Shown piece by piece: positions 1 to 13,254 of a stretch of 64,000 bases of DNA (position 1 is its first letter; each line of letters starts with the position of its first letter). The DNA is from Spirogloea muscicola (lineage: Eukaryota), in contig WELB01000006.1 of assembly GCA_009602725.1 (NCBI GenBank), positions 1,069,035 through 1,133,034 of the forward strand, read 5' to 3'. The notes beneath the pieces were generated by a model. That model saw only the letters and a list, made by a program, of their open reading frames with translations. It had not been told where the DNA came from and searched no databases. The position numbers and the translations under genes were made by a program.

Positions 1-48
1 CGGCGGCGGCGGCGGCGGCGGAGCTGACTTCGGCAGCCCGGCGCAACG

Positions 49-1828
49 CTGGAGGGCAGCGATGACGCGCCCACGGCGGCGAGCCTGGCCGGCGGCTTCG
101 GCAGCGACAGTGGCGGAGCAGCAGCTGCAGCGCCGCCGCCTCGGGCAGCGAAGCAGGTCGCCTGGGCGGACATGGAGGACGCCATGGCGCGCCTGGCGGG
201 CCTCCGGGCCGTGCTGACGGCTGCCCAGCGCCGCCGCCGCCAGCTGGCGGACTCCGCCGACGGCGGTCTGCAGGTGCGGCCGGCCGCGTCAGCGAGCTGC
301 GTAGTTGGCATGAGCGTCAGCGGTGCGGCCGCCGCAGAGGACGCCGCAGTCCACGCGCTGCTGACGCTGGCAGCTGACGCTGACGCGTGCCAGGCTTGGG
401 AAAGCCGCCAGCAGCGGCGGGAGGAGCTGCAGGCACTCGCGAGCGCCGCCGATAACGCGAGGTCGGCCCTCCGCCGTGCACGGGGGGGGCTCGCCGAGCA
501 GTCTGCTGCGCTGGAGCTGTCGCGCGCCGCGCTGCTGCGCAGGCTCCACTCCGCGGCGGCCGCGGCGCAGAGCCTGCCCGCCGCCAAGTCCCGCCTCCAG
601 GTCCTCTCACTCTTGACTTTGGCCTCACGTGGCGATCTCTGAGTGGCACAAGTGCGAGTTCACGTACCTGACTGCGACTAGCACTCTGCGGCAGGTGGCT
701 GCCAAGCTCCTGGGAGGGCCGGGAGGCCAGGGCCAGTTCTTGTGCCTGCGCTACTGCCTGGCCTGCCGGAGGGCTGCCATGGTTGGCATGCTCAACCGGA
801 TCCTCCCGCTCCCGCCGCCGGCCCTTGTCAGTGGAGACCCTGTAGCCTCGGGACCCAGTGATGCCACCTTGAATGGGCTGAGCGGCCGCAGCCACAAGCA
901 CAGCAAGCACACCCAGACAGAGCCTGCGGAAGCGGAGGAGCAGGTACCTGTCAAGGCGGCGGTGGAGGAGAGGGTCCAAGCGCTGGACAGATTAGCTCTG
1001 CAGCGTGGCAAAGCGCTGGCCGAGCATCTGCCGGCCTCGCAGCTGTGGCCGACCGTCACTGGTGACAAGCAGCAGCAGGAGGCTATCGCCACAGCGCTCG
1101 GCTATGTTGCGCATGTGAGCTTCTTGGGGCCTGGTGCAAGTTTGGCACATCCAGGTTGTCAAAGCGTTGCATGCACGTCACTATTGCATGTGCTCATTAT
1201 GTTGCACAGCTCTGGCTTGATCTCGGAACTCTGCAGCTGGCCTGGTAAGGACTGGCTGCAGACCTTCGCACACACTTGCACTACTCCTTCATCACCCAAT
1301 ATCGAATGCGCCTGCAGATGGTTGTCCACATAGCAAGCTACTTGGGCGAGCCTCTCCGTTACAGGCTGCAGCCGCGAGCGTCGCGGTCGGTGGTCGTCGA
1401 CCCGTCACCTCGACCCCCGCCCGACGATGCACCAAGCTTGACTAGCAGATCCTCCACTCCGCCGCCTAAAGATTGGCTGGAGTTTGCGCTTTACCAGGAG
1501 GGTCAAGACCTGACGCGCTTTGCCTACGCAATCTTCCTCCTCAACAAGGTGCATGCAGATACCCTGTTGAAGAGTGTCAATTTGTGGCTCGATCAGCACA
1601 GGGCGTGACAGCCAGCTTGCTGATAGCGGAGGTCGGAGGTCTTACTGCTATTTGGCTTTCAATGATGAGGACTCTTATTCATCTCCTGTTGACTTGCAGG
1701 ATCTGGAGCAGCTGCTCAGTACTTTAGACCAAAGCCCAGTGGGCCCACGGCACACGCTACCCAACGTGCATTGCCTGGTCGCGTCAATCATCCAACTTCC
1801 CAAAACCCTCCTTGATGAAAAGGAGTGA
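49..1828 (+). CDS. VPS38: VPS38/UVRAG-like subunit of PI3K complex II (multi-exon; start uncertain, first ATG at 172)
   Basis: Spliced motifs QVAWADMEDAMARL..., IATALGYVAH|MVVHIASYLGEPLRY, RFAYAIFLLNK|DLEQLL...GPRHTLPNV resemble plant VPS38. GT-AG introns at about 601-694, 1115-1317 and 1549-1699; stop at 1826-1828. Confidence 0.85.
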
Positions 1829-3421
1829 CATGCTATGCACGTACCAACATTGGCAGTCATGATTCTGCTAAGTCCTCAGCGACAACACAGACGTAGGAGC
1901 TACGGGTGTGCATTGAGCACAGCCAGGGCCTGGACAATTATTCGGGGCCTGGTGGACAATGTACAGGCTTGCAGCTTTGTGCCATCCTTGGTAGTCCTTC
2001 ATTGCTTAAGCTGGTCCTGGTGGCAACTGTGCCGGAAATAGCTGGAGTGGCCAGAGCAGTGGACCTTTTCGTGTGCAGATTGCTCATATCGGCAAGCATT
2101 GCAGAATGTATGTCGACGAGGGCAATGGCAACACTTTGCCATCGATGTCTACGAAGCAAGGGCCTGCAAGGCCCTCACAATCTTCAATGTTCGTAGATCT
2201 CACTGAGCAAGGCCTGAACTCCCACATCATCCTTCGTCACTCACTGTAGCAGGTGATCACCCATGAAAGCTGGTGTGGTGTGTTCTCTTAGCAGTGAGTT
2301 CGTTTTGGAGAGGTGTGGTATCGGTGTGTATGCTCATAACAACGCTGTATAACATCGGCCGAGGTGTTGATCAGATTGCCAGCAAGTTGTTGAGGTTAAT
2401 TGCATATGGGGCTAACAGTAAGGGATTTCCACACACGGATGCATGCTTCAACATCTTTGCAACCTCATTTGCAGAGCCTCATGGCACTCAAGTAACAGTA
2501 GTGATTGCGATACCTCCAGTTGTACAATCCTAGAAGTTCAGGGTGATGATCTTTCTAGACAATTGCGCTCAGGCTACTTCCTCTGACCGGAAGAAAACCC
2601 GTCATTCAAGGTACGAGATAAGAAGGCACACGAACTTTACAGGAAGAGCAACAGCGCAAACTGGACAGGGCAATTCCTTGTACTCCTGTACACGTACGCT
2701 AATGTGATAAGGTAGAAGCGCTAGACTTAAGGTGAGGCACTTCGGATCAGCACATCACCCAAGGCATCGCAAACATCTAGGGTAGCACAGCTTGAGAGGC
2801 AGACTCAACACAGGACTCTACACGAAAGAACTTAGCCATTGCTTTCTACCTTGATGTCGACAAGGACAATAGTGACTGCTCAGCTCTTGCACCATCCTCA
2901 TAAGTAGGACTAGGAGGTATGACGCAGCATCCAGCATACAACATGCAGTGACTCTGAGTATAGTGTGTGATCAGCATGTACACACTGCAGAACCTGATGC
3001 ACTACGAATTGGGCTCCATGCTTTGACACTGGAGTTGCAGCTTATGGACAATCTTGACATCATCCTCGAGCGTCTGTGGAGAGAGGTGCACCTTTCCAGC
3101 TGCCGCCTTTCCAGATACTGCTAATCACAAAAATGCCGCCAGTCCTCCCTCTCTCTCGTCAAGGCGCCCTGCCGCCTTTGGCCTGTCGCCGGTGCCAAAC
3201 ACTCCTGCCAAAGCTGACCTGAGATTGGCAAGGCCACCTGTGCCTGCAACTCAGAAGGTAGTGGCCACCTGGCATTGTCAATGAGTTGAGATATGCATAA
3301 GCTTGTAGAGAATCTTCCTATGCTTATCCAGACGTGCATTGAACCAGCTGCTCAGGCTGCTTGATGGGTCTCCCAAGCAGTGAGCTCCAACACGCTAAAA
3401 CAATGCACACAAAGTTCCTAT

Positions 3422-6400
3422 CTATACACAGATGAACGGCTTGGCACCTTCATTCTGCTCCTCCAGTCTTTGAGCAATGCTGTCGGCGTACTTGGCTTGC
3501 CTGCATCCAGCCACTCCTTGTCAGGTGGCAGGTGTCACAAGAGCTGCCCTGTTTACTCCATCTGGCAATTGGAAGACCTACTGATGCTGCTAATACGCAG
3601 AGTTGCTATTCTGCTCGACCCTACACATATTGCCATCAAACCCAACAATTGACCCGAATTTTGACCCGAATTTTGAGATCGGGCCCTTCAAAGCTGGACA
3701 AGAATGGCAAAAGTGGCGAACTTTTTCTCGGTCAGCTTGGGACTTGGTCGGTAGTACTTCAGGTACCCGTCCCATGGCACCTTCTTGATGCCTGCACGCT
3801 TTGCAATCATGTCCCTCACCCTGGAGGCACATCATAACAACCATGAGGTCACACGAACTGGCAAGTCTGCTAACCCTCTGTGGCACTGGCTTCGGCAAGC
3901 GTGGGAAAGGCTTGCCGTGGTCTCAAAGTACTGCACCTTTTACCAAGTGACATGAATGCATATGCTGACCGGGTATGTGGAGGCTATGCAGGACAGGTGC
4001 GCGCAACTTTACTGTGAAGATTATGCAAGCAGAAAGTAGCACATTGTGCAGAATGAGTGCTCGCAGAGAATCAAGAAAACCTCTCTGCAAACTCGATGGG
4101 GCTCTCTCCCTGCCGGATAGTCTGAGGCTCCAAGTACCAAACATCACACACGACCGCCCATGAAGTCATCAAACGGAGCAGATGGGCTGTGAATGACTGC
4201 CTGCAGACCCGAAAGACACAGGCAATTTGAGCATCAACATCAAGGCGCGCTATGCCATGATAAGCAGGGAGCCCTGACTGAGAAGAGCTCTCTGCGCTTC
4301 CACATTGTTGGCACGGGTGGGAGGTTGGGAGCGTGTTATTTACTTCTTGCTGTTCCAGAAGGCATCCACAAATATCTTGTTGTACTTTATAGCAATCGGG
4401 CAAACAGTCACGCCCAACTCAAACGCACCCTGCCAGGGTTTACACACCAGGCAGCAGAGGTCAGGGCATGTGACTACCGCAACAACTGCAAGGCAACAGC
4501 AATACAGGCCGCCGTCCATGGAAGAGTATCCTGACAATAAAGTGAGGCAAGGGGAGGGAGTGTGCTTGTGTCTGGGGGTAAGCTCACACCTTCTTGAACA
4601 TGACGGTGTACTCGTTGTTGACGCACGTGCCCTCGGGGAAGATGAGCAGCGGGTTGCTATCAGGGTCATGCACGTGCTCCTGGAGCCTGTTTGCGTGCTC
4701 CACGGTGCCAGTTTGCGGCAGGCTCCAGTGAGCAGCAGCTAGCAGAATGCACATCGAGAAGACGCGGGTGTGAGAAGAGCAGGATGTTACGTTGCATGGG
4801 TCAAGGCGGCCATACTTTCTGGCAACGATGGCGCGGTCCTTGGACTCGGTGCGGTTGAACCAGATGCAGCCCATGCTGTGCAGCACGGTGGTTTGGAGCA
4901 GCCCTGTATGTGCAACCTCACACTTAGCAACTGAGTGATTGCTGTTGGCTTCATCGACTACCTTTGTTTACAGAGCTTGCCCTGCCTTGACTTTTCAAGG
5001 ACCTCCTGGTCACACTGAAGATTTTGCAGCTTTGCAGTGCAGGGATGACACAGCAGTGGCTCCAGAGAGGAGAAGCCTAAAGAATCTGGCAGCCACAAAA
5101 CTGGTGGAGGCACTCACCAACCCAACCGGGGTGCTTCTGCATGATGACAGCAAATGCCGTTGCCTGCTCCAGCACGATGAAGTCAATCATCGACGTGTGA
5201 TTCGCCACAAAAACCTGCGATTGCAGCTCCTCTACAGGTCATGTCAAACTGCATGCTCAAGGCTGGCCCTCAAGGCTGGTTCTGCAATAAGATGAGCAAC
5301 AAACTCTGACCAGGCATGAGATCTCAAGGTCCATTGAGCAGAGGCAGATTATGGACGTGTGAATCCGTCAATACTCTGCACTTTCGTCCATTATGGCCAC
5401 CTGATTGGGGCGCCGGCTTGGGCGCGGGCCGTGGTACTTGACAACGCCCGTCCAGGACGCAACGAAGACGCTGCACATGAACTCCACCAGCACTCGCTGT
5501 CCTCCAGAGCACATAATGCAGCAAGTTACAGCAAGGTGAGCCACTTGCACCAATATACACTGGCTCAGCACAGTAGCATGTGGACACTGTGCGGAGCTTG
5601 CATTGTGCATATCAGCATACAATTGTCAAGCAAATGGCAGGCCGCATCACCACCTCGAGGCGGCGGCGGAGCTTGTCTTGGGTCTTGAGGAGGAAGTGAA
5701 CGAGGCAAAAGAAGACCACAAAGACGATCCACCCCAGCAGCAGCAGCAGCAGCCTGGCACAAGGAGGCGCGTATGGAATCTTGAGTGCCGTCGGGTGGCA
5801 GGCATGCAACGGAGCAGAGGGCCCACTCTGGCCGTGGCGAGGCCAGCGAGCACGGCTGCACAGTGCCTGTGAGCCCGTTGTGCCAAATAGACTCACCGTA
5901 AAGGGAAGAGGATGCAGTATCGCACGACAACGCCTATGCACCAGAGCGGGAAGAGGTAGAGGTTCCAATTCCACGGCTCCGGCGCGTTGGACTTGAAGCA
6001 GCGCGTGAATGAGTCCTGCAGCCGGGCCGGCCCAGGCAACAGCAGCTCGCCAGCAGCCTCAGCCAGCGAAGACTCTCAGCTGCGGCGAATGCGTGCTGGA
6101 CACAGTCCTTGTCAACAACACGTGAAATTGGAAGGAAGCGTTTTCGTCAAACGCAGATGGAGGCTAGCACGCTCACGTCCACGATTGCGCTTGAAGCCTC
6201 GTTGAGTACAGGTGAGATGTTCAGGAGCTCGCTCCTAACGCGGAGGATGTCAGCCACATGATAGCACGCACACAGGTGCAGCTGTCAGAGCAGACGGCGG
6301 TCAGCAACTTGCTCTCCCAAAGCGAGCAGCACATGACTGAGAGATCAGGAACATGGAACTGGGCAACAAAGCAGCGGCGGCGTTGAGCAGAGGCTGACAG

Positions 6401-6756
6401 GAGAGTGGTGGCGCTGCCGGAGGGGGCCTCGGAGCTGGACTCGAGCAGCAGGTCCTCGACGTGCTTCTGGTAGAGGTCCACCTCCGACGCCGACGGCCCG
6501 AAAAGCGGCGCATTGTCCTGCCTCCTGCGTCCCCGCCAGCACGGTGGGATGAGTGGCAGGCAGCAGGCCTTCTTGCATAGGAGGCTTGCAGCTGCGGAGC
6601 CGGCGAGGCGCGCTTGCGCCAATTGCGCACTGCGAGTCTTCGACAGGAGGCAGCCATAGCTCCACCTCCCGCAGGGCGAAGGTGGGAGGAAGACAAAGAG
6701 CGGGTAGCGACGACCGGAGGCGACCTGGGGTCGGAGGCGGAGCGGTAGAGCGACAT
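3422..6756 (-). CDS. GPAT9: Glycerol-3-phosphate acyltransferase 9 (ER GPAT9), multi-exon; start may extend in frame to ATG 7146
   Basis: Exons encode ELLNISPVLNEASSAIVD|DSFTRCFKSNAPEPWNWNLYLFPLW, VASWTGVVKYHGPRP, ANHTSMIDF (HxxxxD), LIFPEGTCVNN, GAFELGVTVCPIAIKYNKIFVDAFWNSKK, VVCDVWYLEPQ and VPWDGYLKYYRPSPK. Confidence 0.95.
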
Positions 6757-7399
6757 GGACGCCCGCGCGCCCAGCAGATGGCCGGCCCCACGAATTCCAC
6801 GAGGCCGGGCCGCCGGAGCGGCGGCTGTCGCCGCCGCCGCTGGCACCGGCGGTGGCGGCGGCGACAGCGGCGGAGCCTGCGGGCGGTTCGACGGCTTCCG
6901 CCGCCGAGACCGAGCGCCCGCAACGGCGGCGCGCGGCAGCCAGAGGCAGCAGAGGGGCGCGGGCGACGGCGGCGGCGGAGCTCGGAGCTCGGAGCTCGGG
7001 GGCGCGGCGGCGATGGACAGCCCACCCCGGCGCGGCTGGTCTCGTCTCTGGGCTGCGACGACGGGACGGGGACGGGACGGCGTCTGCTGGCTCTCCGTCG
7101 TCCCGTTGGCCCCGTCTCGAGCCGGCGGCCCCCCTTCGCCCCCCATGGCCGCCTCGTGCAGCCGGCACCCCAGTCCAGTGCTCCCAACCCCCCCCCCGCC
7201 CCTCTCGCTAAAATTCCAGATTCCCCAATGATTCCATTCTGTGCCATTATCTAAATACACGCTAGTCTCCATCACCCAGTACACACTCCATTGCTGCGCC
7301 GCCTGCCGGCTGGCCCCCCACCTCCCTCGCCTGGACCCCGCGGGTGCAGCTGCAGCCAGCGGCTGAGCTTTGTCCTCTGAGCCTGCTCCTCCGCTCGCT

Positions 7400-7695
<296 letters not shown>

Positions 7696-7856
7696 CACCC
7701 CTCTCTTCCCCCCCCGGTCATCCTCTTTCTGGGCACTGCCCTTCTCCCCAAAGCAAACCTCCACTTGCCCAGTCTCCACTCGGAAGTTGCACCCTCAGAG
7801 TGGAGCACCTCATTTCTCAGCTATAGAAGGCCAGCAACAGCTTGCGAATCGGACCC

Positions 7857-8632
7857 ATGGCCCTGGGCTCCGTGGCAGGCCCACCGACGTCGGCACCAGC
7901 GCCAGGACCGCCGCTGCTGTGGACGCCCTCACGAGTCACCGCCCTGCTCGCAGCTGCCGCCTTTGCGCTGGTCCTCTACATCGTCGCACCGGCACTGCAC
8001 AGCCGTCTTGCAGATGCTGGCGCCAGCAGGGCGCTGCAGCTGGATTGCCCACCATGCGGCGCGGCCGAGTATGGCGGTCTGCTGGATGATGGCGGCCTGA
8101 TCAAGCTGCCCTTGCCAGGTGCTGGCATCCACCACAGCCGTCGTGCCATGTCGCTCGAGTGCAGCATGCAGCTGCGTCGTGGAGCACCGATGTTCAGCCT
8201 CTTTCTTGTATTATCTACCATCCTCCTACCAAGGCCGCCGGATTCTGAGCCCCTTCTGCCATTGCTGTGATCACCTTGTCAGATTGCGACCGTAATGACA
8301 AAGATTGGCAGGAGGAGCTGGAGAAGACTCCATGCCAGGCACTCAAGGAGGAGTGGGAGCTGGCGGCACACGTGGCCGAGGAGGCGCAGCTCAAGGCCGA
8401 GAACTCGTACCTGGATGCAAAGCGCATCGCATCGCAGTACCAGAAGGAGGCTGAGAAGTGCAATGTGGGCATGGAGACGAGCGAGGAAGCGAGGGAGAAA
8501 GCGGAGGCGGCTCTGGCAGCCGCTCAGCGGCTTGCTGCCGTTTGGGAGCACCGAGCGCGAGACTTTGGCTGGGCGGACAAGGAGGAGGGCGCTACCGAGC
8601 AACAACGCGGCAATGATGATGTGGAGCCATGA
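7857..8632 (+). CDS. DUF1068-family membrane-anchored coiled-coil protein (2 exons: 7857-8118, 8283-8632)
   Basis: N-terminal TM (ALLAAAAFALVLYIVAPAL), CPPC, then DC...ELEK...AKRIASQYQKEAEKCNVGMETSEEAREKAEAAL...WEHRARDFGW, typical of plant DUF1068. Confidence 0.9.
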
Positions 8633-9686
8633 CCCGACTGAGGGCATCCCTCAGCCCATCGCTCCTTTATGCCACCATGTTTGAGGTACCCATTGTGCTG
8701 GCGCATTCGGAAAGGTTGCTCATGGCACCATTGCTCAAGCTGAGGAGCGGGAGGGCTCGTCGAGAGCTTAATTGCAAGCTGCATCATGCATGGAGCAGGC
8801 GCTGCGCTGTTTCCGCCAAGGAGCCTATTGTGAGTGAATGTGCAAGCGGACAATTGTACCGGCACATAGCACGGCAAGCTGGCAGTGCGGCGAGGCTGGT
8901 TGGCGCATGGAGCTGGTCAGCAGGGCCACGGGCACTGGCTGGCAGGGCTAGCTTCCAAGCTTGCGCTGCTCGTGCCGTGGTGACGACATCCATGAGGATG
9001 AGCCCTCATTCGCTTTTCTTTGCAGCTAAGGACTCCGGAGTCCGAATTGCAGCTTTGACACCCTGTGGCGCATCCTCTGGATGCCTTGCTGCGCCGCAGG
9101 CAGAGGCATGCAGCTTGTGCTGGACTGACAATCTGCAGGTCGCCAGCAGCTCCCTAGTTTCAAGATAAGGCTTCGCAATCTTATCATTGTAACTGATTCC
9201 CCGCGTGCACAAGGATTTTGCTGCGGCCGCTTGCCCAAGGTGGCAGCAGACAAGCTCCCACTGGTGACGGAGCTCCAGGCAGATGCTCCTGTGTGCAGCG
9301 AGTGAGTGGTCTGTCACTCAGCAGCCCTCCGGTTCCTGTTGCAATGGCCAGAGCGAGACAGAGTTATGCCACAAGGCACAAGGTGGCAAGCTGGTGGAGG
9401 AGGCTCAAATTGCCTGGTTTCTTTGATTTCTTCCGACAAAGCCCTATTGACATTCGGCTCTCCTTTAGAGACACCGAGAAGTATGCTTCGCTAGTTGTCA
9501 CGAAAGGATTCCTCTCCTCATGTGTGACAAGGTGCCACGGCAAGGTATGACACTGAGGAGCAAGGGTGATCAGGGAGCGAAGGTGTGCAAGGATGAGCTT
9601 CGGCCAGGGAGCGCAGCTTGGCGAGGGGCAGGCACGCCACAGCTAGTGCTGCTTGCTCTTAGACTGCGCCCTCCCCAGTCAAAGCC

Positions 9687-10845
9687 TCAGCCGATAAGGA
9701 GCTTCTCAAGGTATTCGTGCTGCACTCTGCCAATGTATCGTGGCACCTCAGCCTTGGTCACCCACGCGTAGTCCGTCACATGCGGTTCCTGCAATCGCAG
9801 GCTGCCGCCTAGCACCTGCGCACGGAAAAAGAAGCGCTGCGTCCCCCCACCCCCGTCGCCGGCGTTGCACATCGAGCTAGTGCGTCAGTTCCCGCACTCT
9901 TATGCAGCTGCTCTGTGCGTCCACCGTTTAATGCCGCTGACTCCCACAACGAACCGCTGTCTGCCTATGATCAAGCACCTGCCACCATGACGAGGTCCAA
10001 CCACGCACACTGCGTGCCTCCCAGACTCGGACACTCCAATGCTGAGGCCCGGGTCTAGGAGCAAGTTGATGGCGGCCTTTACCCTGGACGGCGATGTCGG
10101 CGGTTCTGTGTGCCCGCACGGTGCATTGCCGACGAAGTACACCTGCAGCGCTGAGCCGGCTCGGGCGGCTAGCGCAGCCTCCGCGCACTGGCGACAGCAC
10201 AACCCTCGCTTAGTGACATCTCAATAACAATTTCGGCAACCCCCACCTGCGATGCCTACCAGGCGAACATTGGGACTATGGCCGCGGCAACAGTGGCATA
10301 TGCAGTGCACGCACCTTGCGCATCGTGCCCTCGTCACTGTACTCCTTCTCAGGGAAGTGCCACTCGGAGCTGCCGGCAGGAGCCCCCGTCGGCTCACCCT
10401 TGATGAGCAGGTACAGCCGCCGGTCCAGCGCACGCTGCAGCGTCCTGGCAGGCCGCACCCCGATGCAGGGCCCGCCGCGGCCGCCAATATAACGGACTCA
10501 GCTTTGGCCGAGCCCGCATGGCTACCAGCCTGCATGGGGATCACGGCAGGGTCTCGGCCGACCTCACGTCGCCGCTGGCGTCTGCCTCCGTCGTCCGGGG
10601 CGCGAGCTCGAAAGCGGCCTCGCCCTCCTCCGCTCTGCGCCGCCGCCGCCGCCGCCTTAGCTGCTGCAGGGTTCCTAGGCGGGCGCCAGAGCCTGGCGCC
10701 AGGCGGCCATGGCCCTTAAGAGGCCGCCTCGACAGCGGCAGCGGGCTGCCACGCCTCCTCCGCCCGTCTGGCTCACCTGGCGCCGGCGGTGAAGGCGAAG
10801 AACTCCTCCGGCAGCGGGCGCCGGTACGACTGCCGCTTTCGGAAG
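9687..10845 (-). CDS. MRPL46: Mitochondrial ribosomal protein mL46 (decoy-like); 5' exon(s) not visible
   Basis: Exons: FRKRQSYRRPLPEEFF; ELAPRTTEADASGDVR|TLQRALDRRLYLLIKG...WHFPEKEY; VYFVGNAPCGH; RFFFRAQV...DYAWVTKAE. The upstream intron runs into the N gap at 10957-10979. Confidence 0.85.
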
Positions 10846-10918
10846 CTGGCAGCAGAGGAGGAGGCCCGGAGGGGCCCCAGTCGCAGTGAGGCCTCGCCGC
10901 GGCCGTGGCGACGGTGGC

Positions 10919-10950
<32 letters not shown>

Positions 10951-11005
10951 GACGCCNNNNNNNNNNNNNNNNNNNNNNNAGGCACCGGCGGCAGCGGGGA
11001 CTCAC

Positions 11006-11530
11006 ATACTTGCCGCGGGCCTGCCACTCCTCGGCGCGCCCGGAGACGTCCGAGTACTTGCCTGCCGGAGCATTGGCACGGCGTCAGCGCAACCGGCATT
11101 GCGGCTCGCAGCCTCCGGCCTGCTTGGTCGGCATCGCGAGAGCTCGGCACCGCACCGCCGGCAAAGGAGAAGCCGTCGCCGGCCGACACGGGCACGTCCA
11201 GGAGGTAGTAGTCGCCGCCGCCGCCGCCGCCGTCGTCGCCGCCGCCGCCGTCGCCGCCGGCGAGGGCGACTGCCCGGCCGCCCGAGTGCACGGAATTAGG
11301 TGTGAAGGAAGGGCTTAGGGGTTTAAGGTAGTCTGCCTTTGGCCCGTCATGGGCTTACCTCGTGTCTTCTTCAGCCTGCAGCAGCCAGCCCGGGCCCCCT
11401 CTTGCTGTGCGGCGGCGGCGACGGCGGCGGCCGCGGCGGGGGCGCCGCGGAGTCGGGCTGCGCGGGGAGTGCAGCGGCGAGGGTCGCGAGGCCGGGAGAG
11501 GGCTAGCTTTGAAGTCCAGGCCGCCGCAAT
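11006..11530 (-). pseudogene. 5' fragment of a plastid-type alpha/beta-hydrolase gene (truncated at the gap, no clear ATG)
   Basis: DYYLLDVPVSAGDGFSFAG|GKYSDVSGRAEEWQARGKY followed by a gtgagt donor recalls the N-terminus of a conserved plant chloroplast alpha/beta-hydrolase. A transit-peptide-like stretch lies upstream; the catalytic domain is absent. Confidence 0.6.
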
Positions 11531-11542
11531 GCGCAGCCGGTG

Positions 11543-12753
11543 ATGGCGGACGCGGCCGGCGCCGAGCCGGGAGAGGAGGCGGCGGCGGCGGCGGCGGAGG
11601 AGGGGGAGGAGGGCGTGGAGGAGGGCATGGAGGAGGGCGTGGAGGAGGAGGAGGAGTTCGTGATCCTGGAGCTGGACGACCGCGCAGCCCAGTGTGCTCC
11701 GCTGGCGGGCCAGTACCTGCTCGCGGTCAGCACCGCCGCCGCGACCTCGGCCCCGAGCTGCGCTGCCGAACGGGCGTCGGCTGCCGTGCCGTCGACCGGC
11801 CCGGCAGCACTCGTTTCCCTGGTCGTCTCTTTGAGAGTTTTTGAAGGCACCGCCACTGCCGCATGCGCAGGGGCTCGACACGGACGCGCCGGTCCTGACG
11901 CTGGGCGACGGCACTCAGCTGGTGAGACGCGTAAGGAGCCTCTGCTCCAGAACTTCCACCTCGAGACAACCCAGCACTAGTAACCACCTGTTGGGACTCT
12001 CAGCTCCAACCGACTCGAGCCTAAAGCCGCCCTCATCTCGGCTGTACAGCCGAGTAGTCGAGCAGAAGGCCGGCTGCCGATGCCATGGGGGCCGCTTCAA
12101 GCTTGCCAAGGCCAATAGATTGTCCTCCCACATGCTCGTTGCCGTCGGCGACAAGATACTGGCTGCTTTTCCTCTCCCTCCATAAGTTGAACCTAGGAGA
12201 ACGCACCCGCTAGACCCACCCAAGAGGCTCCTGTCTACCAGTTCAATTCTCATCTCATCTCATAGAGCTCTCGTCTCTGCACGTGAAGGGAGTAGCTGAT
12301 TCTTGATAGCCGCCTGTAGCAGTACAGCAAACGGGACCCTGCCGATCTGTGCAGCTTGCTGAGCGCAGCAAGCTGGCCTGCCTGGCGTTTGCAGGTTGGA
12401 CGTCACGAGTACGCCCTTGGATCCTGCATGCTGTTCGATGTTGGCCAAACGGGTGAGCGCCCAAACAACTTGATACCACCGCTGCCGATTTGTGCAGGAA
12501 CGGGCATCGCGGTTGCTGAGTGTCAGCCAGAGGCAGGACGCAGAGACGTTGCTGCGTGTTGGAAAAAGGGTCCCAAGTCACCAAGCGGCCCTGGGCATTG
12601 CTTATGGCTCCTCGTGCAGGGTCGTCAGATAGGGCAGCCAATGGACGCCAAGACAACAACTGCGTGCCGCTGTCGCCACCATGGCCACGGCTCATCGGCC
12701 AGACGCAGAGGAAGATAAGGTTCTCCTTCACCGACGGCCAGAAGGCCTCCTAA
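11543..12753 (+). CDS. TFIIIC subunit 6-like (triple-barrel domain) protein, multi-exon
   Basis: Acidic N-terminus EEEEEFVILELDD, then YLLA|GLDTDAPVLTLGDGTQL|VGRHEYALGSCMLFD and C-terminal LIGQTQRKIRF match the TFIIIC_sub6 pattern. Confidence 0.75.
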
Positions 12754-13254
12754 TGGCAATGTGATTCCCGCGCATTATCGTGCTTGTGCCAGCCAGGCAA
12801 GACATGTCAAACAGCATGAGTGTGAGCGATTATGGCTCTTGCTGTATCAACAACGTAGGCCACTTGAGGCAACAGCCATGTGATCAATTGCGGCTGTGGT
12901 TGAGAATCACATGAGAAGCATACTGGCGCCAAGTTGGCACTGAATAGTGGATGCCATCCATAGCTGGTTAGGCTGCTGGTGCTGAGGGTACGCAGCTTTG
13001 TATTGCAATATAAATTACGGAGAAATGTGTCAATGTGGAAGTGGCAAGATTATGTTTTGGATGACAGATGTAGCTTGTCTACGCCGACAAGCTCACATGA
13101 TGACTGTGTAGACACCATTGAATTCAAAACAAAGACAGCTGACGCACGTAAGACCTGGAATCATGAACAAAGAGGGCCGGGCCTCAATTGCTGACAGTCA
13201 ATCTGCTATCCTGTGCCTCGGTGTACCTGTTCGCCTGCTGTTCTTGCCGAGAAT

